Shown here: piece by piece, positions 1 to 9,681 of the stretch
Layout of the letters: each line of letters opens with the position of its first letter
How positions within the stretch are numbered: position 1 is the first letter of the stretch
Origin: Sinorhizobium meliloti
GTDB lineage: Bacteria > Pseudomonadota > Alphaproteobacteria > Rhizobiales > Rhizobiaceae
Direction: 5' to 3'
Assembly (NCBI RefSeq): GCF_017876815.1
Contig: NZ_JAGIOS010000001.1
Span: 1,290,001-1,322,000 of the forward strand
Length of the DNA: 32,000 bases
Made by a program: the position numbers and the translations under genes
Notes under the pieces: generated by a model
What the model was told of the DNA's origin: nothing
The model's database searches: none
What the model saw: only the letters and a program-made list of their open reading frames with translations

Positions 1-841
1 CGAGCGCCCGTGCGGTCGTCTCGTGGCCGGCGCCGATGAAGGTGAGAATATTGTCCTCGATCTCGGAGGTCGAAAGTCCATCCGGACCTTCCAGCTGCAG
101 AAGCAGGGTCAGGAAGTCGTTCGGGACGTCGCCGGGCGCTTCCGTCGTCCGTCGCCGGCGCAGAGACATCGTCTCGGAAACGACGCCGCGAAAACGGTCG
201 AGCACCTTCCGGCCGCCGATGCGGGTCAGCCGCGGAACCCAGCTCGGCGCAACCAGGAGGTCCATCGGATCGACGCGCCCCATTCGATGCAGCAATTCCT
301 CGACATTGGCGGCGAAGCCCTGCTTTTCGACGGCGATTTCGCCGGAAAAGAGCGTCTCGGCCAGGATCTCGAAGGTGAGTTCCGTCATGTCCACGGCGAC
401 ATTGGTGACGAAGGGCTCCGATGAAGCGCCCGCGTAGCGGTCAACGAAGGCCTCGCAAACGCGAAGCATCTGGCCGGCAAAGCCTTGTGCGTGCCTTGGC
501 GTGAAAACCGGCGCCATCGCCTTGCGCGACCGTTTCCAGACCTCGCCTTCCGCCGTCAGGAGGCCGTCGCGCAGGATCGGGCGCAGGATCAGCCGCCGAA
601 CATTCGACATTTCGTAGTTGGCGGCGTTCTCGACGAGGATGTAGCGGATGAGGCCTGGATCGTTGACGATAAGCGTCCGCTGATTGATGAACTTCGTCTC
701 GATCCAGGGAAGCGTGTATGAAGGCTCGCCCCAGAGCTCGAGCGGGTTTCGCAGAACCGTGCGGATGATCTCGAGCCGCGAGGGAATGCCGGTGCGCGGC
801 ACGGGCGCGGGCGGCTCGAACGGCTCCGGTCGCGTATCCAT
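1..841 (-). CDS. cytochrome P450 (N-terminal about 280 aa; 3' end lies beyond the left window edge)
   Basis: Absent from the ORF track because the frame runs off the edge. Reverse-complement translation from ATG at 841-839 reads MDTRPEPFEPPAPVPRTGIPSRLEIIRTVLRNPLELWGEPSYTLPWIETKFINQRTLIVNDPGLIRYILVENAANYEMS...EDNILTFIGAGHETTARAL. The AGHETT I-helix motif is typical of P450s. I checked that the frame at positions 58-1 matches the ATG at 841. The heme-Cys region lies outside the window. Confidence 0.8.
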   Translation of the reverse strand, partial: MDTRPEPFEPPAPVPRTGIPSRLEIIRTVLRNPLELWGEPSYTLPWIETKFINQRTLIVNDPGLIRYILVENAANYEMSNVRRLILRPILRDGLLTAEGEVWKRSRKAMAPVFTPRHAQGFAGQMLRVCEAFVDRYAGASSEPFVTNVAVDMTELTFEILAETLFSGEIAVEKQGFAANVEELLHRMGRVDPMDLLVAPSWVPRLTRIGGRKVLDRFRGVVSETMSLRRRRTTEAPGDVPNDFLTLLLQLEGPDGLSTSEIEDNILTFIGAGHETTARAL

Positions 842-853
842 GTGAATGCCTTC

Positions 854-913
854 CTAGAGCACTTCCAGGAAAAGTGTGCAGCGGTTTTCCGTCCGGAATG
901 TGGAATGCTCTTG
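854..913. repeat. palindromic intergenic repeat unit with core GGAAAAGTGTGCAGCGGTTTTCC
   Basis: Outer stem AGAGCACTTCC / GGAATGCTCT. Inner stem GGAAAA..TTTTCC. The core recurs at 15953-15978 (reverse orientation) and 18437-18460. Confidence 0.5.
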
Positions 914-992
914 TCTGCGTACCGTTCCAGTTTTTTACGGCGCAATCAAGAAATGCTTCACGTGAATCGCGATGATTCCGGGCGACAAAGGA

Positions 993-1943
993 TCACAACA
1001 GGCTTTCGAGCTCTGCCAGTTTGTCGTTGACGAGCCAGCCGTAATAGTTCTCCTCCGGCCAGTGGACCTCGCCCCCCTGGTTCTTCGCGGCAAGCGCGGC
1101 CGCACGGGCATCCGGATTGCCGACATTATAGAGCGTTGCCGTCAGGCCCGGATTGCCGGAGATATCCATGCCGGCGATCGTGCGATAGGCGTCGATCGAA
1201 TGCCGGATGGAGGCGGCCATATAGGCAAGCGACACGTCCGGGTCCATGATCGCCTCATAGACGCCGGCGGCATTGCTTTCATCGAGGCGCTCATAGCCGG
1301 AGACGCGCGAGACCATATCCGTCAGCATCAATGCGGTCAGCGGATTGATCTGGCCGAGACCGAAGGTCTGCCCGGCGAAGAACGGCTGGAAGAAGACGGC
1401 ACTGAAGCGGTTGTTCGGGAAGGATTTGCCGGCCACCGTATGGCCGCGGAACTGGCTGTCCCAGACCCGCTCGCGGCAGCTCCAGAGCGCGTAGGAGCCT
1501 TTCTTGCCGGCGCATTCGGCAAATTCGGGCCGCTCGACGAATTCGGCGATGGACTCGCCCTCATGGCCGAACTGGAAGCTGTCGCCCGCATAGGCGGCCG
1601 CCTTGACGTAATAGGATTGCAGCCGGTCATAGGCGTCGACATTGTAGGTGTGTTCGCCGACGATCGCCCCGACCATGTGGATGGGCGCGATGCCGTAGGC
1701 GCCCGCGACCGACTTGATCTTGCCGACGAGGCTGCGGTCGGTGGCGAGAAGCTCGCGCACCTTCTCGTATTTCGCGTCGAAGGATGTGCGGCCGGCCTTG
1801 GTGCGGCGCACCGAGGCGCCGGGAACGCCCGGCTGCTCGACGTGGCGATTGCCCTGCGGGACGATGAGTATCCCGCTCGCAGCCGAAGGCCCGGCAGCGA
1901 GGCAAAATGTGAAGATCACGAGCATGCAGGCGGTAAGGCGCAC
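993..1943 (-). CDS. secreted DUF1402-family protein (function unknown)
   Basis: 316-aa ORF with an N-terminal signal-like segment (MLVIFTFCLAAGPSAASG). From memory the sequence resembles the Rhizobiales-restricted DUF1402 family. The start is GTG at 1943 or in-frame ATG at 1925. Confidence 0.75.
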   Translation of the reverse strand: MRLTACMLVIFTFCLAAGPSAASGILIVPQGNRHVEQPGVPGASVRRTKAGRTSFDAKYEKVRELLATDRSLVGKIKSVAGAYGIAPIHMVGAIVGEHTYNVDAYDRLQSYYVKAAAYAGDSFQFGHEGESIAEFVERPEFAECAGKKGSYALWSCRERVWDSQFRGHTVAGKSFPNNRFSAVFFQPFFAGQTFGLGQINPLTALMLTDMVSRVSGYERLDESNAAGVYEAIMDPDVSLAYMAASIRHSIDAYRTIAGMDISGNPGLTATLYNVGNPDARAAALAAKNQGGEVHWPEENYYGWLVNDKLAELESLL

Positions 1944-2062
1944 GATCTGTTTTCCTGTAGAACTCTTCCAAGAACCGGCGGATCCCGCCCGTTCGGCGGC
2001 GCCCCTAAGGCAAGATCATGTCGGAATGATGCCTTAATTCTTAACGGCTCTGATCGGTCTAG

Positions 2063-2096
2063 AAAAAATGAAGGCGCCTGTCGAGTGACAGGCGCC
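2063..2096 (-). terminator. rho-independent terminator downstream of hslU
   Basis: On the minus strand: GGCGCCTGTC-actcg-GACAGGCGCC followed by ttcaTTTTTT, about 54 nt after the hslU stop. Confidence 0.75.
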
Positions 2097-2149
2097 CCAC
2101 AATTCGGTGATCGGCTGCTCCCGGCGCCGTGCCGGGTCAGAGGATCGCG

Positions 2150-3457
2150 TCAGAGGATATAGCGCGACAGGTCGGTATTGGCCGCGAGATCGCCGACATG
2201 CCGGCGAACGTACTCGGCGTCGATCGTGACGCCCTGGCCGCCCCGATCGGGCGCGTTGAAGGAGACGTCGTCGAGCACCCGCTCCATCACGGTCTGCAGG
2301 CGACGCGCGCCGATGTTCTCGACATTGGCGTTGAGCTGGACCGCGACCTCCGCCAGCGCATCGATCGCGTCCTCGGTGAAGTCGAGGGCAACACCCTCGG
2401 TCTCGAGCAGCGCCTTGTACTGGCGGATGAGGCTCGCCTCCGTCTCGGTCAGGATGCGGCGGAAATCCTCCTTGGTGAGGGCCCGAAGCTCGACGCGGAT
2501 CGGCAGGCGCCCCTGCAGCTCCGGCAAAAGATCCGACGGTTTGGCGACGTGGAACGCGCCGGAGGCGATGAAGAGGATGTGATCGGTCTTCACCGGCCCG
2601 TATTTCGTCGCCACAGTCGTGCCTTCGACCAGCGGCAGGAGGTCGCGCTGCACGCCTTCGCGCGACACGCCGGCACCGATGCCGCCTTCGCGGGTGGCGA
2701 TCTTGTCGATCTCGTCGAGGAAGACGATGCCGTCGTTTTCCGCCGCCGCCACCGCCTCTCGCTGGATCTGCTCGTTGTCGAGCAGCTTGTCGGACTCGTC
2801 GTTGACCAGGAGCGCATAGGAGTCCTTGACCGTCGTCTTGACCTTCTTGGTCCTGCCGCCGAGTGCCTTGCCGAACATTTCCGAGAGGTTGAGGACGCCG
2901 ATATTGGCGCCCGGCATTCCCGGGATCTCGAAGGCGCCGCCGGGCGAGCCGGCTTCGGCGACATCGACCTCGATCTCCTTGTCGTCGAGTTCGTTGGCGC
3001 GCAGCTTCTTGCGGAAGGAATCGCGGGTTGCCGGCGAGGCGGTGGTGCCGACCAGCGCGTCGAGAACGCGCTCCTCGGCGTTCTGATGAGCCTTCGCCTT
3101 CACTTCGGCGCGCCTTTTCTCCCGCACGAGGCTGATGCCGACCTCCACGAGATCGCGCACGATCTGCTCCACGTCGCGGCCCACATAGCCGACCTCCGTG
3201 AATTTCGTGGCCTCCACCTTGACGAAGGGCGCGCCGGCGAGCTTGGCGAGACGACGGGAAATCTCCGTCTTGCCGACGCCGGTCGGACCGATCATCAGGA
3301 TATTCTTGGGCATGACCTCGTCGCGCAGCTCGTCGTCGAGCTGCTGGCGGCGCCAGCGGTTGCGCAGCGCAATGGCAACCGCGCGCTTCGCGTCCTTCTG
3401 TCCGATGATGTAGCGGTCGAGCTCCGACACGATTTCCCTGGGTGAAAAGTTGCTCAT
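2150..3457 (-). CDS. hslU: ATP-dependent protease ATPase subunit HslU
   Basis: 435-aa ORF starting [40 protein letters not shown]. Walker [16 protein letters not shown]. Typical HslU length and C-terminus. Confidence 0.97.
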   Translation of the reverse strand: MSNFSPREIVSELDRYIIGQKDAKRAVAIALRNRWRRQQLDDELRDEVMPKNILMIGPTGVGKTEISRRLAKLAGAPFVKVEATKFTEVGYVGRDVEQIVRDLVEVGISLVREKRRAEVKAKAHQNAEERVLDALVGTTASPATRDSFRKKLRANELDDKEIEVDVAEAGSPGGAFEIPGMPGANIGVLNLSEMFGKALGGRTKKVKTTVKDSYALLVNDESDKLLDNEQIQREAVAAAENDGIVFLDEIDKIATREGGIGAGVSREGVQRDLLPLVEGTTVATKYGPVKTDHILFIASGAFHVAKPSDLLPELQGRLPIRVELRALTKEDFRRILTETEASLIRQYKALLETEGVALDFTEDAIDALAEVAVQLNANVENIGARRLQTVMERVLDDVSFNAPDRGGQGVTIDAEYVRRHVGDLAANTDLSRYIL

Positions 3458-3975
3458 CGATTCCTCTCAAATTCCGTCCGCTTGAGCTCCATCAGGAGGG
3501 TTCGACCGGACTCGTCTATCCATTCGCCAAAAGGTACGAAACCGGCCTTCGCATAGGCTCGGACGGCGCGGCGGTTGCCGGCGTCGGGGTCGATGACGAT
3601 GCGCGCGGCGCCGCTTTCGAACAGTCTTGCGGCAAAGGCTCTGAGCGCCATGGCGGCGACGCCTTTGCCTGTCATTTCGGGCGGGCCGATGAAGATGTCG
3701 ACGCCGGGCGTGTCGCCCGACAGGTCCTTGGCCCAGGGCTCCTCGTCATATTCCGACGGGACCCAGGACTGGATATAGCCGGCCGGCTCCCCCTTCACAC
3801 GAAAGACGAAACCGTCGACCTCACCCTTCGCACAACCGTCCCGTATCAGCCCGAGTTCCACATCGGGATCGCCCCACCACTGCCGGACATGCGGCTCGGA
3901 AAGCCAGGCGAGGAGCATCGGCAGGTGGCCCTCGGCCACCGGCTCGAAGCTGACCTCTGCCGGCTCATTCCGCAT
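3454..3975 (-). CDS. GNAT-family N-acetyltransferase (AAC(6')-Ib / Acetyltransf_8-like) embedded in the hslVU operon
   Basis: Start placed at [36 protein letters not shown] (ATG 3975-3973). The upstream part of track ORF 3454..4104 is off-frame overlap with hslV. The PHVRQWWG motif and the [12 protein letters not shown] acetyl-CoA loop region fit a GNAT. Its stop overlaps the hslU ATG (ATGA, 3454-3457) and its start overlaps the hslV 3' end by 11 nt. Confidence 0.85.
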   Translation of the reverse strand: MRNEPAEVSFEPVAEGHLPMLLAWLSEPHVRQWWGDPDVELGLIRDGCAKGEVDGFVFRVKGEPAGYIQSWVPSEYDEEPWAKDLSGDTPGVDIFIGPPEMTGKGVAAMALRAFAARLFESGAARIVIDPDAGNRRAVRAYAKAGFVPFGEWIDESGRTLLMELKRTEFERNR

Positions 3976-4522
3976 CCAGCGTCTCCACGACGACGTTGTG
4001 GTTGGTGTAGACGCAGATGTCGCCGGCGATTTCCAGCGCGCGGCGGGCGATCTCCTCGGCCGACTTGTCGCTGTCCATGAGCGCCCGTGCCGCGGCAAAA
4101 GCATAGTTGCCGCCCGACCCGATGGCGATCGTCCCGTGCTCGGGCTCGAGAACGTCGCCGTTGCCGGTGATCGCCAGCGTCACCGTCCGGTCGGCAACCA
4201 GCATCATCGCCTCAAGATTGCGCAGATACTTGTTGGTACGCCAGTCCTTGGCGAGCTCTACGGCCGCCCGCATCAGCTGGTCGGGATATTGCTCAAGCTT
4301 CGCCTCCAGCCGTTCCAGAAGCGTGAAGGCGTCCGCCGTCGCGCCGGCGAAGCCTGCAATCACGTCGCCCTTCGACAGGCGGCGGACCTTGCGGGCATTG
4401 CCCTTCATAACCGTCTGGCCGAGGCTCACCTGGCCATCGCCCGCCATAACCACTTTGCCGCCCTTGCGCACCGTAATGATGGTGGTCGCATGCATCGTTC
4501 CGTAAGGATTGTGTTCGCTCAT
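3965..4522 (-). CDS. hslV: ATP-dependent protease peptidase subunit HslV
   Basis: Start taken at [33 protein letters not shown] (ATG 4522-4520). The TTI(I)TV catalytic N-terminal Thr region is present and the 185-aa length is typical. The longer track ORF (to 4615) adds a non-conserved Arg/Pro-rich extension. Confidence 0.95.
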   Translation of the reverse strand: MSEHNPYGTMHATTIITVRKGGKVVMAGDGQVSLGQTVMKGNARKVRRLSKGDVIAGFAGATADAFTLLERLEAKLEQYPDQLMRAAVELAKDWRTNKYLRNLEAMMLVADRTVTLAITGNGDVLEPEHGTIAIGSGGNYAFAAARALMDSDKSAEEIARRALEIAGDICVYTNHNVVVETLDAE

Positions 4523-4588
4523 GAAAGTACCTTTGGGCCCGGGAAGCCGGGGGGATGCGGCTCGAATGAGCCTGGTTGCTTGAGGCCT

Positions 4589-4616
4589 ATGTAAGTCGCA
4601 GCCGCGCGATTGCAAA
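4589..4616 (-). promoter_or_regulatory. candidate RpoH (sigma-32)-type promoter for hslV-GNAT-hslU
   Basis: The minus strand reads TTTG-N17-CTTACAT, against the alphaproteobacterial heat-shock consensus CTTG-N17-CYTATNT. It lies about 65 nt upstream of the hslV ATG. Manual pattern match only. Confidence 0.25.
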
Positions 4617-4842
4617 TGTGCGAACCCGCGTCCGGGCGCCTTTCGTTTTCATGTCGCCGCGGCGGACCGAATCTCCGTCGCAGTTCTGGATATTTCATGC
4701 CTCCCCTGATAAGGAGCGGCTCTGTGACGGAATGCGAAGAGCGAAGGCGGTATTTCGGCCCTCTCCGCAACGCCCGAAAACGATGTTGCTCCGATAGCCC
4801 GGCTGGCCCAAAGTCATCGGAGAGTGCAGACAGGAGAGCCTG

Positions 4843-5451
4843 ATGGCAGACGTGATGCCGAGCCGCACCGGCCAAGTTTCGCGAAAGACGAATGAAACCG
4901 CCATATCCGTCTCGGTCAATGTCGACGGAACGGGCGTATCGAAGATCGCGACCGGCGTCGGCTTCTTCGACCATATGCTGGACCAGCTCTCGCGCCATTC
5001 GCTGATCGACATGGAGATCAAGGCGGAGGGCGACCTCCATGTCGATGATCACCACACGGTCGAGGACACGGGCATCGCCATCGGCCAGGCGCTGGCCAAG
5101 GCGCTCGGCGATCGCCGCGGCATCACCCGCTATGCCTCCATCGACCTCGCCATGGACGAGACGATGACGCGCGCCGCCGTCGACGTCTCCGGCCGGCCGT
5201 TCCTCGTCTGGAACGTGACCTTCACGTCGCCGAAGATCGGCACCTTCGACACCGAACTCGTGCGCGAATTCTTCCAGGCGCTCGCCCAGCATGCCGGCAT
5301 CACGCTGCATGTGCAGAACATCTACGGCGCCAACAACCATCATGTCGCCGAGACCTGCTTCAAGTCCGTCGCCCGCGTGCTCCGCACGGCAACCGAAATC
5401 GATCCGCGCCAGGCGGGACGCGTCCCCTCGACCAAGGGGACGCTCGCCTGA
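4843..5451 (+). CDS. hisB: imidazoleglycerol-phosphate dehydratase
   Basis: 202-aa ORF with [31 protein letters not shown] and [14 protein letters not shown] motifs. SD-like CAGGAGAG lies 5 nt upstream of the ATG. Confidence 0.97.
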   Translation: MADVMPSRTGQVSRKTNETAISVSVNVDGTGVSKIATGVGFFDHMLDQLSRHSLIDMEIKAEGDLHVDDHHTVEDTGIAIGQALAKALGDRRGITRYASIDLAMDETMTRAAVDVSGRPFLVWNVTFTSPKIGTFDTELVREFFQALAQHAGITLHVQNIYGANNHHVAETCFKSVARVLRTATEIDPRQAGRVPSTKGTLA

Positions 5452-5477
5452 GCCGGCCAGTATCTGGTTTAAAGACC

Positions 5478-5951
5478 ATGGCCTCCTACCTGATCATGAC
5501 CCCGCCCGGCGCACCGGCCGATGACGAAAGGGCGCGGTTCATCGCCGACGGATTCTCCTGGGCCGCCTTCTTCTTCCCCGGTCCGTGGCTCATCGTCAAA
5601 CGCGCGTGGCTCATCGGAATCTTCGTTTCCGTTCTGCAGTTCCTGTTGCTTCTTGCGGCAACGATGCCCGGCGGCTTCAGCGCAGCGCTGCTCATCCATC
5701 TGGCGCTCGGTCTCATCGTGTCGCTCGAAGGACCGCTTCTCGTCGCCCGCAAGCTCTCCGCACGCGACTGGACGTTTCGTTCGGTCGTTCCGGCACGCGA
5801 TCTCGAGACGGCCGAAGAAATCTATTACTCGAATGCCGAGCCGTCCGCCCGTGAGGGACATGCGGCTCCCATGCCGGCCGACCGGTCCGCCACGGGACGG
5901 CCGGGCGCTGCCGCCGGGCTCGGCTTCTTTGAATCCTATGGAGAGCGCTGA
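5478..5951 (+). CDS. DUF2628-type small membrane protein
   Basis: 157-aa ORF with two predicted TM segments ([32 protein letters not shown]). It sits between hisB and hisH, and its stop overlaps the hisH ATG (TGATG). Confidence 0.75.
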   Translation: MASYLIMTPPGAPADDERARFIADGFSWAAFFFPGPWLIVKRAWLIGIFVSVLQFLLLLAATMPGGFSAALLIHLALGLIVSLEGPLLVARKLSARDWTFRSVVPARDLETAEEIYYSNAEPSAREGHAAPMPADRSATGRPGAAAGLGFFESYGER

Positions 5952-6601
5952 TGCGGGTCGCCATCATTGACTACGGGTCGGGCAATCTGCGCTCGGCTAC
6001 GAAGGCCTTCGAGCGCGCCGCCCGCGAGGCGGGCATCGCGGCCGAAATCGATCTCACCGACAGGCCGGAACGGGTGGCCACGGCCGATCGCATCGTGCTG
6101 CCGGGCGTCGGCGCCTATGCCGATTGCCGCCGCGGCCTCGCCGTCGTGGAGGGCATGGAGGAAGCGCTGACGGAGGCGGTCGAGAAAACCGGCCGCCCCT
6201 TCTTCGGCATCTGCGTCGGCATGCAGCTCATGTCGTCCCGCGGACTCGAAAAGACGGTGACGAAAGGTTTCGGCTGGATCGCCGGCGATGTCGTCGGGAT
6301 GACGCCCGAGGACCCCTCGCTCAAGATCCCCCAGATCGGCTGGAACACGCTTGATCTCAAGCGCCCGCACCCGCTCTTCGACGGCATTCCGACCGGCGAG
6401 AACGGTCTGCACGCCTATTTCGTCCATTCCTACCACCTCGCGGCGGAGCGTGCCGAAGACGTGGTGGCCGAGGCGGGCTATGGCGGCCCGGTGACGGCCT
6501 TCGTCGCACGCGACAACAAGGCGGGCTCGCAGTTCCATCCGGAAAAGAGCCAGGCGCTCGGCCTTGCCCTCATTTCCAATTTCCTGCGCTGGAAGCCCTG
6601 A
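5951..6601 (+). CDS. hisH: imidazole glycerol phosphate synthase, glutamine amidotransferase subunit HisH
   Basis: 216 aa starting [15 protein letters not shown]. Catalytic Cys in GICVGMQL. C-terminal FHPEKS motif. Confidence 0.97.
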   Translation: MRVAIIDYGSGNLRSATKAFERAAREAGIAAEIDLTDRPERVATADRIVLPGVGAYADCRRGLAVVEGMEEALTEAVEKTGRPFFGICVGMQLMSSRGLEKTVTKGFGWIAGDVVGMTPEDPSLKIPQIGWNTLDLKRPHPLFDGIPTGENGLHAYFVHSYHLAAERAEDVVAEAGYGGPVTAFVARDNKAGSQFHPEKSQALGLALISNFLRWKP

Positions 6602-6633
6602 GGCTGCCGCGTCATTTCTGATCGGACGAACAA

Positions 6634-7377
6634 ATGATTCTCTTTCCCGCGATCGACCTCAAGGACGGGCAATGCGTGCGCCTGAAGCTCGGCGACATGG
6701 AGCAGGCGACGGTCTATAATCCCGACCCGGCCGCCCAGGCACGCGCCTTCGAGGAGCAGGGTTTCGAGTGGCTGCACGTGGTCGACCTGAACGGCGCCTT
6801 TGCCGGGGAGACCGTCAACGGCGCGGCGGTCGACGCCATCCTCAAGGCGACGAAGAACCCGGTGCAGCTCGGCGGCGGCATCCGCACGCTTGAGCATATC
6901 GAGAACTGGCTTTCGCGCGGGCTGAAGCGCGTGATCCTCGGCACCGTCGCGGTGCGCGATCCGGCCCTGGTGATCGAAGCCTGCCGCAAGTTCCCGGGAC
7001 GGGTCGCCGTCGGCATCGATGCGAAGGGCGGCAAGGTCGCCGTCGAGGGCTGGGCGGAAGCCTCCGAGCTCGGCGTGGTCGAACTCGCCAGGAAGTTCGA
7101 GGGGGCGGGCGTCGCGGCGATCATCTATACGGACATTGATCGCGACGGCATCCTGACCGGCATCAACTGGGCTTCGACGCTCGAACTCGCGGACGCGGTT
7201 TCGATCCCGGTCATCGCCTCGGGCGGCCTCGCCTCGATGGACGACATCCGCCGCATGACCGAACCGGATGCGCAAAAGCTCGAAGGCGCGATCTCCGGCC
7301 GGGCGCTTTATGACGGGCGGATCGATCCGAAGGAAGCCCTGGATCTGATCCGCGAAGCAAGAAAGGGGAAGTTATGA
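6634..7377 (+). CDS. hisA: 1-(5-phosphoribosyl)-5-[(5-phosphoribosylamino)methylideneamino]imidazole-4-carboxamide isomerase HisA
   Basis: 247 aa starting [17 protein letters not shown], with GGGIRT and ASGG motifs. Confidence 0.97.
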   Translation: MILFPAIDLKDGQCVRLKLGDMEQATVYNPDPAAQARAFEEQGFEWLHVVDLNGAFAGETVNGAAVDAILKATKNPVQLGGGIRTLEHIENWLSRGLKRVILGTVAVRDPALVIEACRKFPGRVAVGIDAKGGKVAVEGWAEASELGVVELARKFEGAGVAAIIYTDIDRDGILTGINWASTLELADAVSIPVIASGGLASMDDIRRMTEPDAQKLEGAISGRALYDGRIDPKEALDLIREARKGKL

Positions 7378-8150
7378 CCCTTAAAGCCCGTGTAATCCCC
7401 TGTCTCGATGTGAAGGACGGCCGCGTCGTAAAGGGCGTGAACTTCGTCGATCTGATCGACGCCGGGGACCCGGTGGAGGCGGCACGCGCCTATGACGCGG
7501 CCGGGGCCGACGAGCTCTGCTTCCTCGACATCACCGCCTCCTCCGACAATCGCGAAACGATCTTCGACGTCGTCGCCCGCACCGCGGAGCAATGCTTCAT
7601 GCCGCTCACCGTCGGCGGCGGCGTGCGCCAGGTAGCGGACATCCGCAAGCTCCTGCTTGCCGGCGCCGACAAGGTGTCGATCAACACGGCGGCGGTGAAA
7701 AATCCGGAATTCGTCGCGGAAGCCGCCGACAAGTTCGGCGACCAGTGCATCGTCGTCGCGATCGACGCCAAGAAAGTCTCGGCGCAAGGTGAGGCGGACC
7801 GTTGGGAGATATTCACCCATGGCGGGCGGCAACCGACAGGCATCGACGCGATCGAATTTGCGCGGAAGGTCGTCGATCTCGGCGCCGGCGAAATCCTTCT
7901 CACCTCCATGGACCGCGACGGTACGAAGAGCGGCTACGACATCAGCCTGACACGGGCGATCGCCGATGCGGTACGCGCTCCCGTCATCGCCTCCGGCGGC
8001 GTCGGCACGCTCGACCACATGGTCGAGGGCATCCGCGACGGCCATGCGACTGCCGTGCTCGCCGCCTCGATTTTCCACTTCGGCACCTACAGCATCGGCG
8101 AGGCGAAGCGCCACATGGCCAAGCACGGCATCGCCATGCGGCTTGATTGA
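7374..8150 (+). CDS. hisF: imidazole glycerol phosphate synthase cyclase subunit HisF
   Basis: 258 aa with [22 protein letters not shown] and ASGG motifs. ATGA overlap with the hisA stop. Confidence 0.97.
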   Translation: MTLKARVIPCLDVKDGRVVKGVNFVDLIDAGDPVEAARAYDAAGADELCFLDITASSDNRETIFDVVARTAEQCFMPLTVGGGVRQVADIRKLLLAGADKVSINTAAVKNPEFVAEAADKFGDQCIVVAIDAKKVSAQGEADRWEIFTHGGRQPTGIDAIEFARKVVDLGAGEILLTSMDRDGTKSGYDISLTRAIADAVRAPVIASGGVGTLDHMVEGIRDGHATAVLAASIFHFGTYSIGEAKRHMAKHGIAMRLD

Positions 8151-8214
8151 GACAGTAACGATGCAGGCCAGAGGGGTGAACGCGTATGCCGCATAAGACC
8201 CAAGGGATCCGACA

Positions 8215-8538
8215 ATGACCGACTTCACCCTTTCCGACCTGGAGAAGATCGTGGCGACCCGCGCCCGGGCGGCGCCAGAGGAGTCCTGGACCGCCAAGCT
8301 GGTGGCGGCCGGGCAGACGAAGGCTGCCAAGAAGCTCGGCGAGGAGGCGGTGGAAACGGTCATCGCCGCGATCGGCGAGGACCGGAAGAATCTGGTCGAT
8401 GAGAGTGCCGATCTCCTCTATCATCTTATGGTCGTATTGAATATCGCCGCCGTCCCGTTGCAGGATGTGATGAGCGAACTGGCCAGGCGGACGAGCCAAT
8501 CCGGCCTGCAGGAAAAAGCGAACCGGCAGAATCCATGA
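8215..8538 (+). CDS. hisE: phosphoribosyl-ATP pyrophosphatase HisE
   Basis: 107 aa with [14 protein letters not shown] ... [13 protein letters not shown], typical of HisE/MazG-like proteins. Confidence 0.93.
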   Translation: MTDFTLSDLEKIVATRARAAPEESWTAKLVAAGQTKAAKKLGEEAVETVIAAIGEDRKNLVDESADLLYHLMVVLNIAAVPLQDVMSELARRTSQSGLQEKANRQNP

Positions 8539-9530
8539 GCATCGCCGCGAAAGACATCGAACCGGCCGACATTCCGGGAAATCTCCAGGGGGGCGAATAT
8601 TCGCCCTATCACGTCTTCTCCGCGGAGGAATGGTCGCGCTTTCGCGCCGACACGCCGCTGACGCTGACGGCCGACGAGGTGCAGCGCCTGCGCTCTCTCA
8701 ACGATCCGGTCGATCTCGACGAGGTGCGACGGATCTATCTCTCGCTCTCACGACTCCTCTCGGCCCATGTGGAGGCGTCGCAGATCCTCTTCAGGCAGCG
8801 CACGCGCTTCCTCAGCATGTCGAACGAGACGAAGACGCCCTTCGTCATCGGCGTCGCCGGCTCGGTCGCCGTCGGCAAGTCGACGACCGCGCGCATCCTT
8901 GCCGAGCTTCTCGCGCGCTGGCCCTCGAGCCCGAAGGTCGACCTCGTCACCACCGACGGCTTTCTTTATCCGAATGCGGTTCTCCAGCGCGAAAACCTGA
9001 TGGACCGCAAGGGTTTTCCAGCGAGCTACGATATCGGTGCGCTGCTCAGATTCCTCTCGGCGATCAAGGCGGGCCGGCCGAACGTCAAGGCTCCGACCTA
9101 TTCGCACCTGACCTATGACGTGATCCCCGACCAGTTCCAGGTGATCGACCGGCCGGACATCCTGATTTTCGAAGGGATAAACGTACTGCAGTCGCGCGAT
9201 CTTCCGGCCGACGGCAAGATCGTGCCGATGGTCTCCGATTTCTTCGACTTTTCGATCTATATCGATGCCGAGGAGAGTCTGATCCACAGCTGGTACGTGA
9301 ACCGCTTCATGCGACTGCGCGAAACCGCGTTCCAGAGCCCGCAGTCCTTCTTCCATCGCTATGCGACGATCAGCGAGGATGCGGCGCGCGCGATCGCCGA
9401 GGGCCTCTGGCACAATATCAACCTGAAGAACCTGCATCAGAACATCCTGCCGACGCGGCCGCGCGCCGATCTCATCCTGCAGAAGGGTCCCAACCACCTG
9501 ACGCAGACGGTGGCGCTCAGGAAGCTCTGA
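8535..9530 (+). CDS. coaA: type I pantothenate kinase
   Basis: 331 aa. P-loop [24 protein letters not shown] and [11 protein letters not shown] motifs. ATGA overlap with the hisE stop. Confidence 0.95.
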   Translation: MSIAAKDIEPADIPGNLQGGEYSPYHVFSAEEWSRFRADTPLTLTADEVQRLRSLNDPVDLDEVRRIYLSLSRLLSAHVEASQILFRQRTRFLSMSNETKTPFVIGVAGSVAVGKSTTARILAELLARWPSSPKVDLVTTDGFLYPNAVLQRENLMDRKGFPASYDIGALLRFLSAIKAGRPNVKAPTYSHLTYDVIPDQFQVIDRPDILIFEGINVLQSRDLPADGKIVPMVSDFFDFSIYIDAEESLIHSWYVNRFMRLRETAFQSPQSFFHRYATISEDAARAIAEGLWHNINLKNLHQNILPTRPRADLILQKGPNHLTQTVALRKL

Positions 9531-9555
9531 GCGAGGTGATCGTGTTTTGAGAAGA

Positions 9556-9577
9556 CCCCTCCCCACAGTGGGAGGGG
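9556..9577. repeat. GC-rich hairpin CCCCTCCC-N6-GGGAGGGG (REP-like unit, possible coaA terminator)
   Basis: Perfect 8-bp GC stem 26 nt after the coaA stop. A related half-site CCCCTCCCC lies at the IS junction (9667-9676) and GGGGAGGGGC lies at 11290-11299. Confidence 0.45.
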
Positions 9578-9681
9578 CTTAATCCGCCGCGCCCGCGTCG
9601 CCCCTGATGACCGCCGCCACAGTTTCAAGATTGCAGGGACGACAGACGGCCGCCGCAAGCGCCGAGCCCCTCCCCCTTGTG

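Noticed and set aside
3976-4104. N-terminal extensions in track ORFs: GNAT to 4104, hslV to 4615, pckA to 14836, EIIA from 18566, ahcY from 19435, hprK from 17731 and transposase from 9738.
   Set aside because: The extensions overlap neighbouring genes or repeats and have low-complexity composition. Internal ATG or GTG codons with SD sequences give canonical N-termini and lengths.
4610-4843. Upstream ORF (77 aa, or 48 aa from ATG 4697) whose TGA overlaps the hisB ATG; possible his leader peptide.
   Set aside because: It has no histidine codon run, no SD and an Arg/Ser-rich composition typical of non-coding GC-rich sequence. No attenuator terminator structure follows it.
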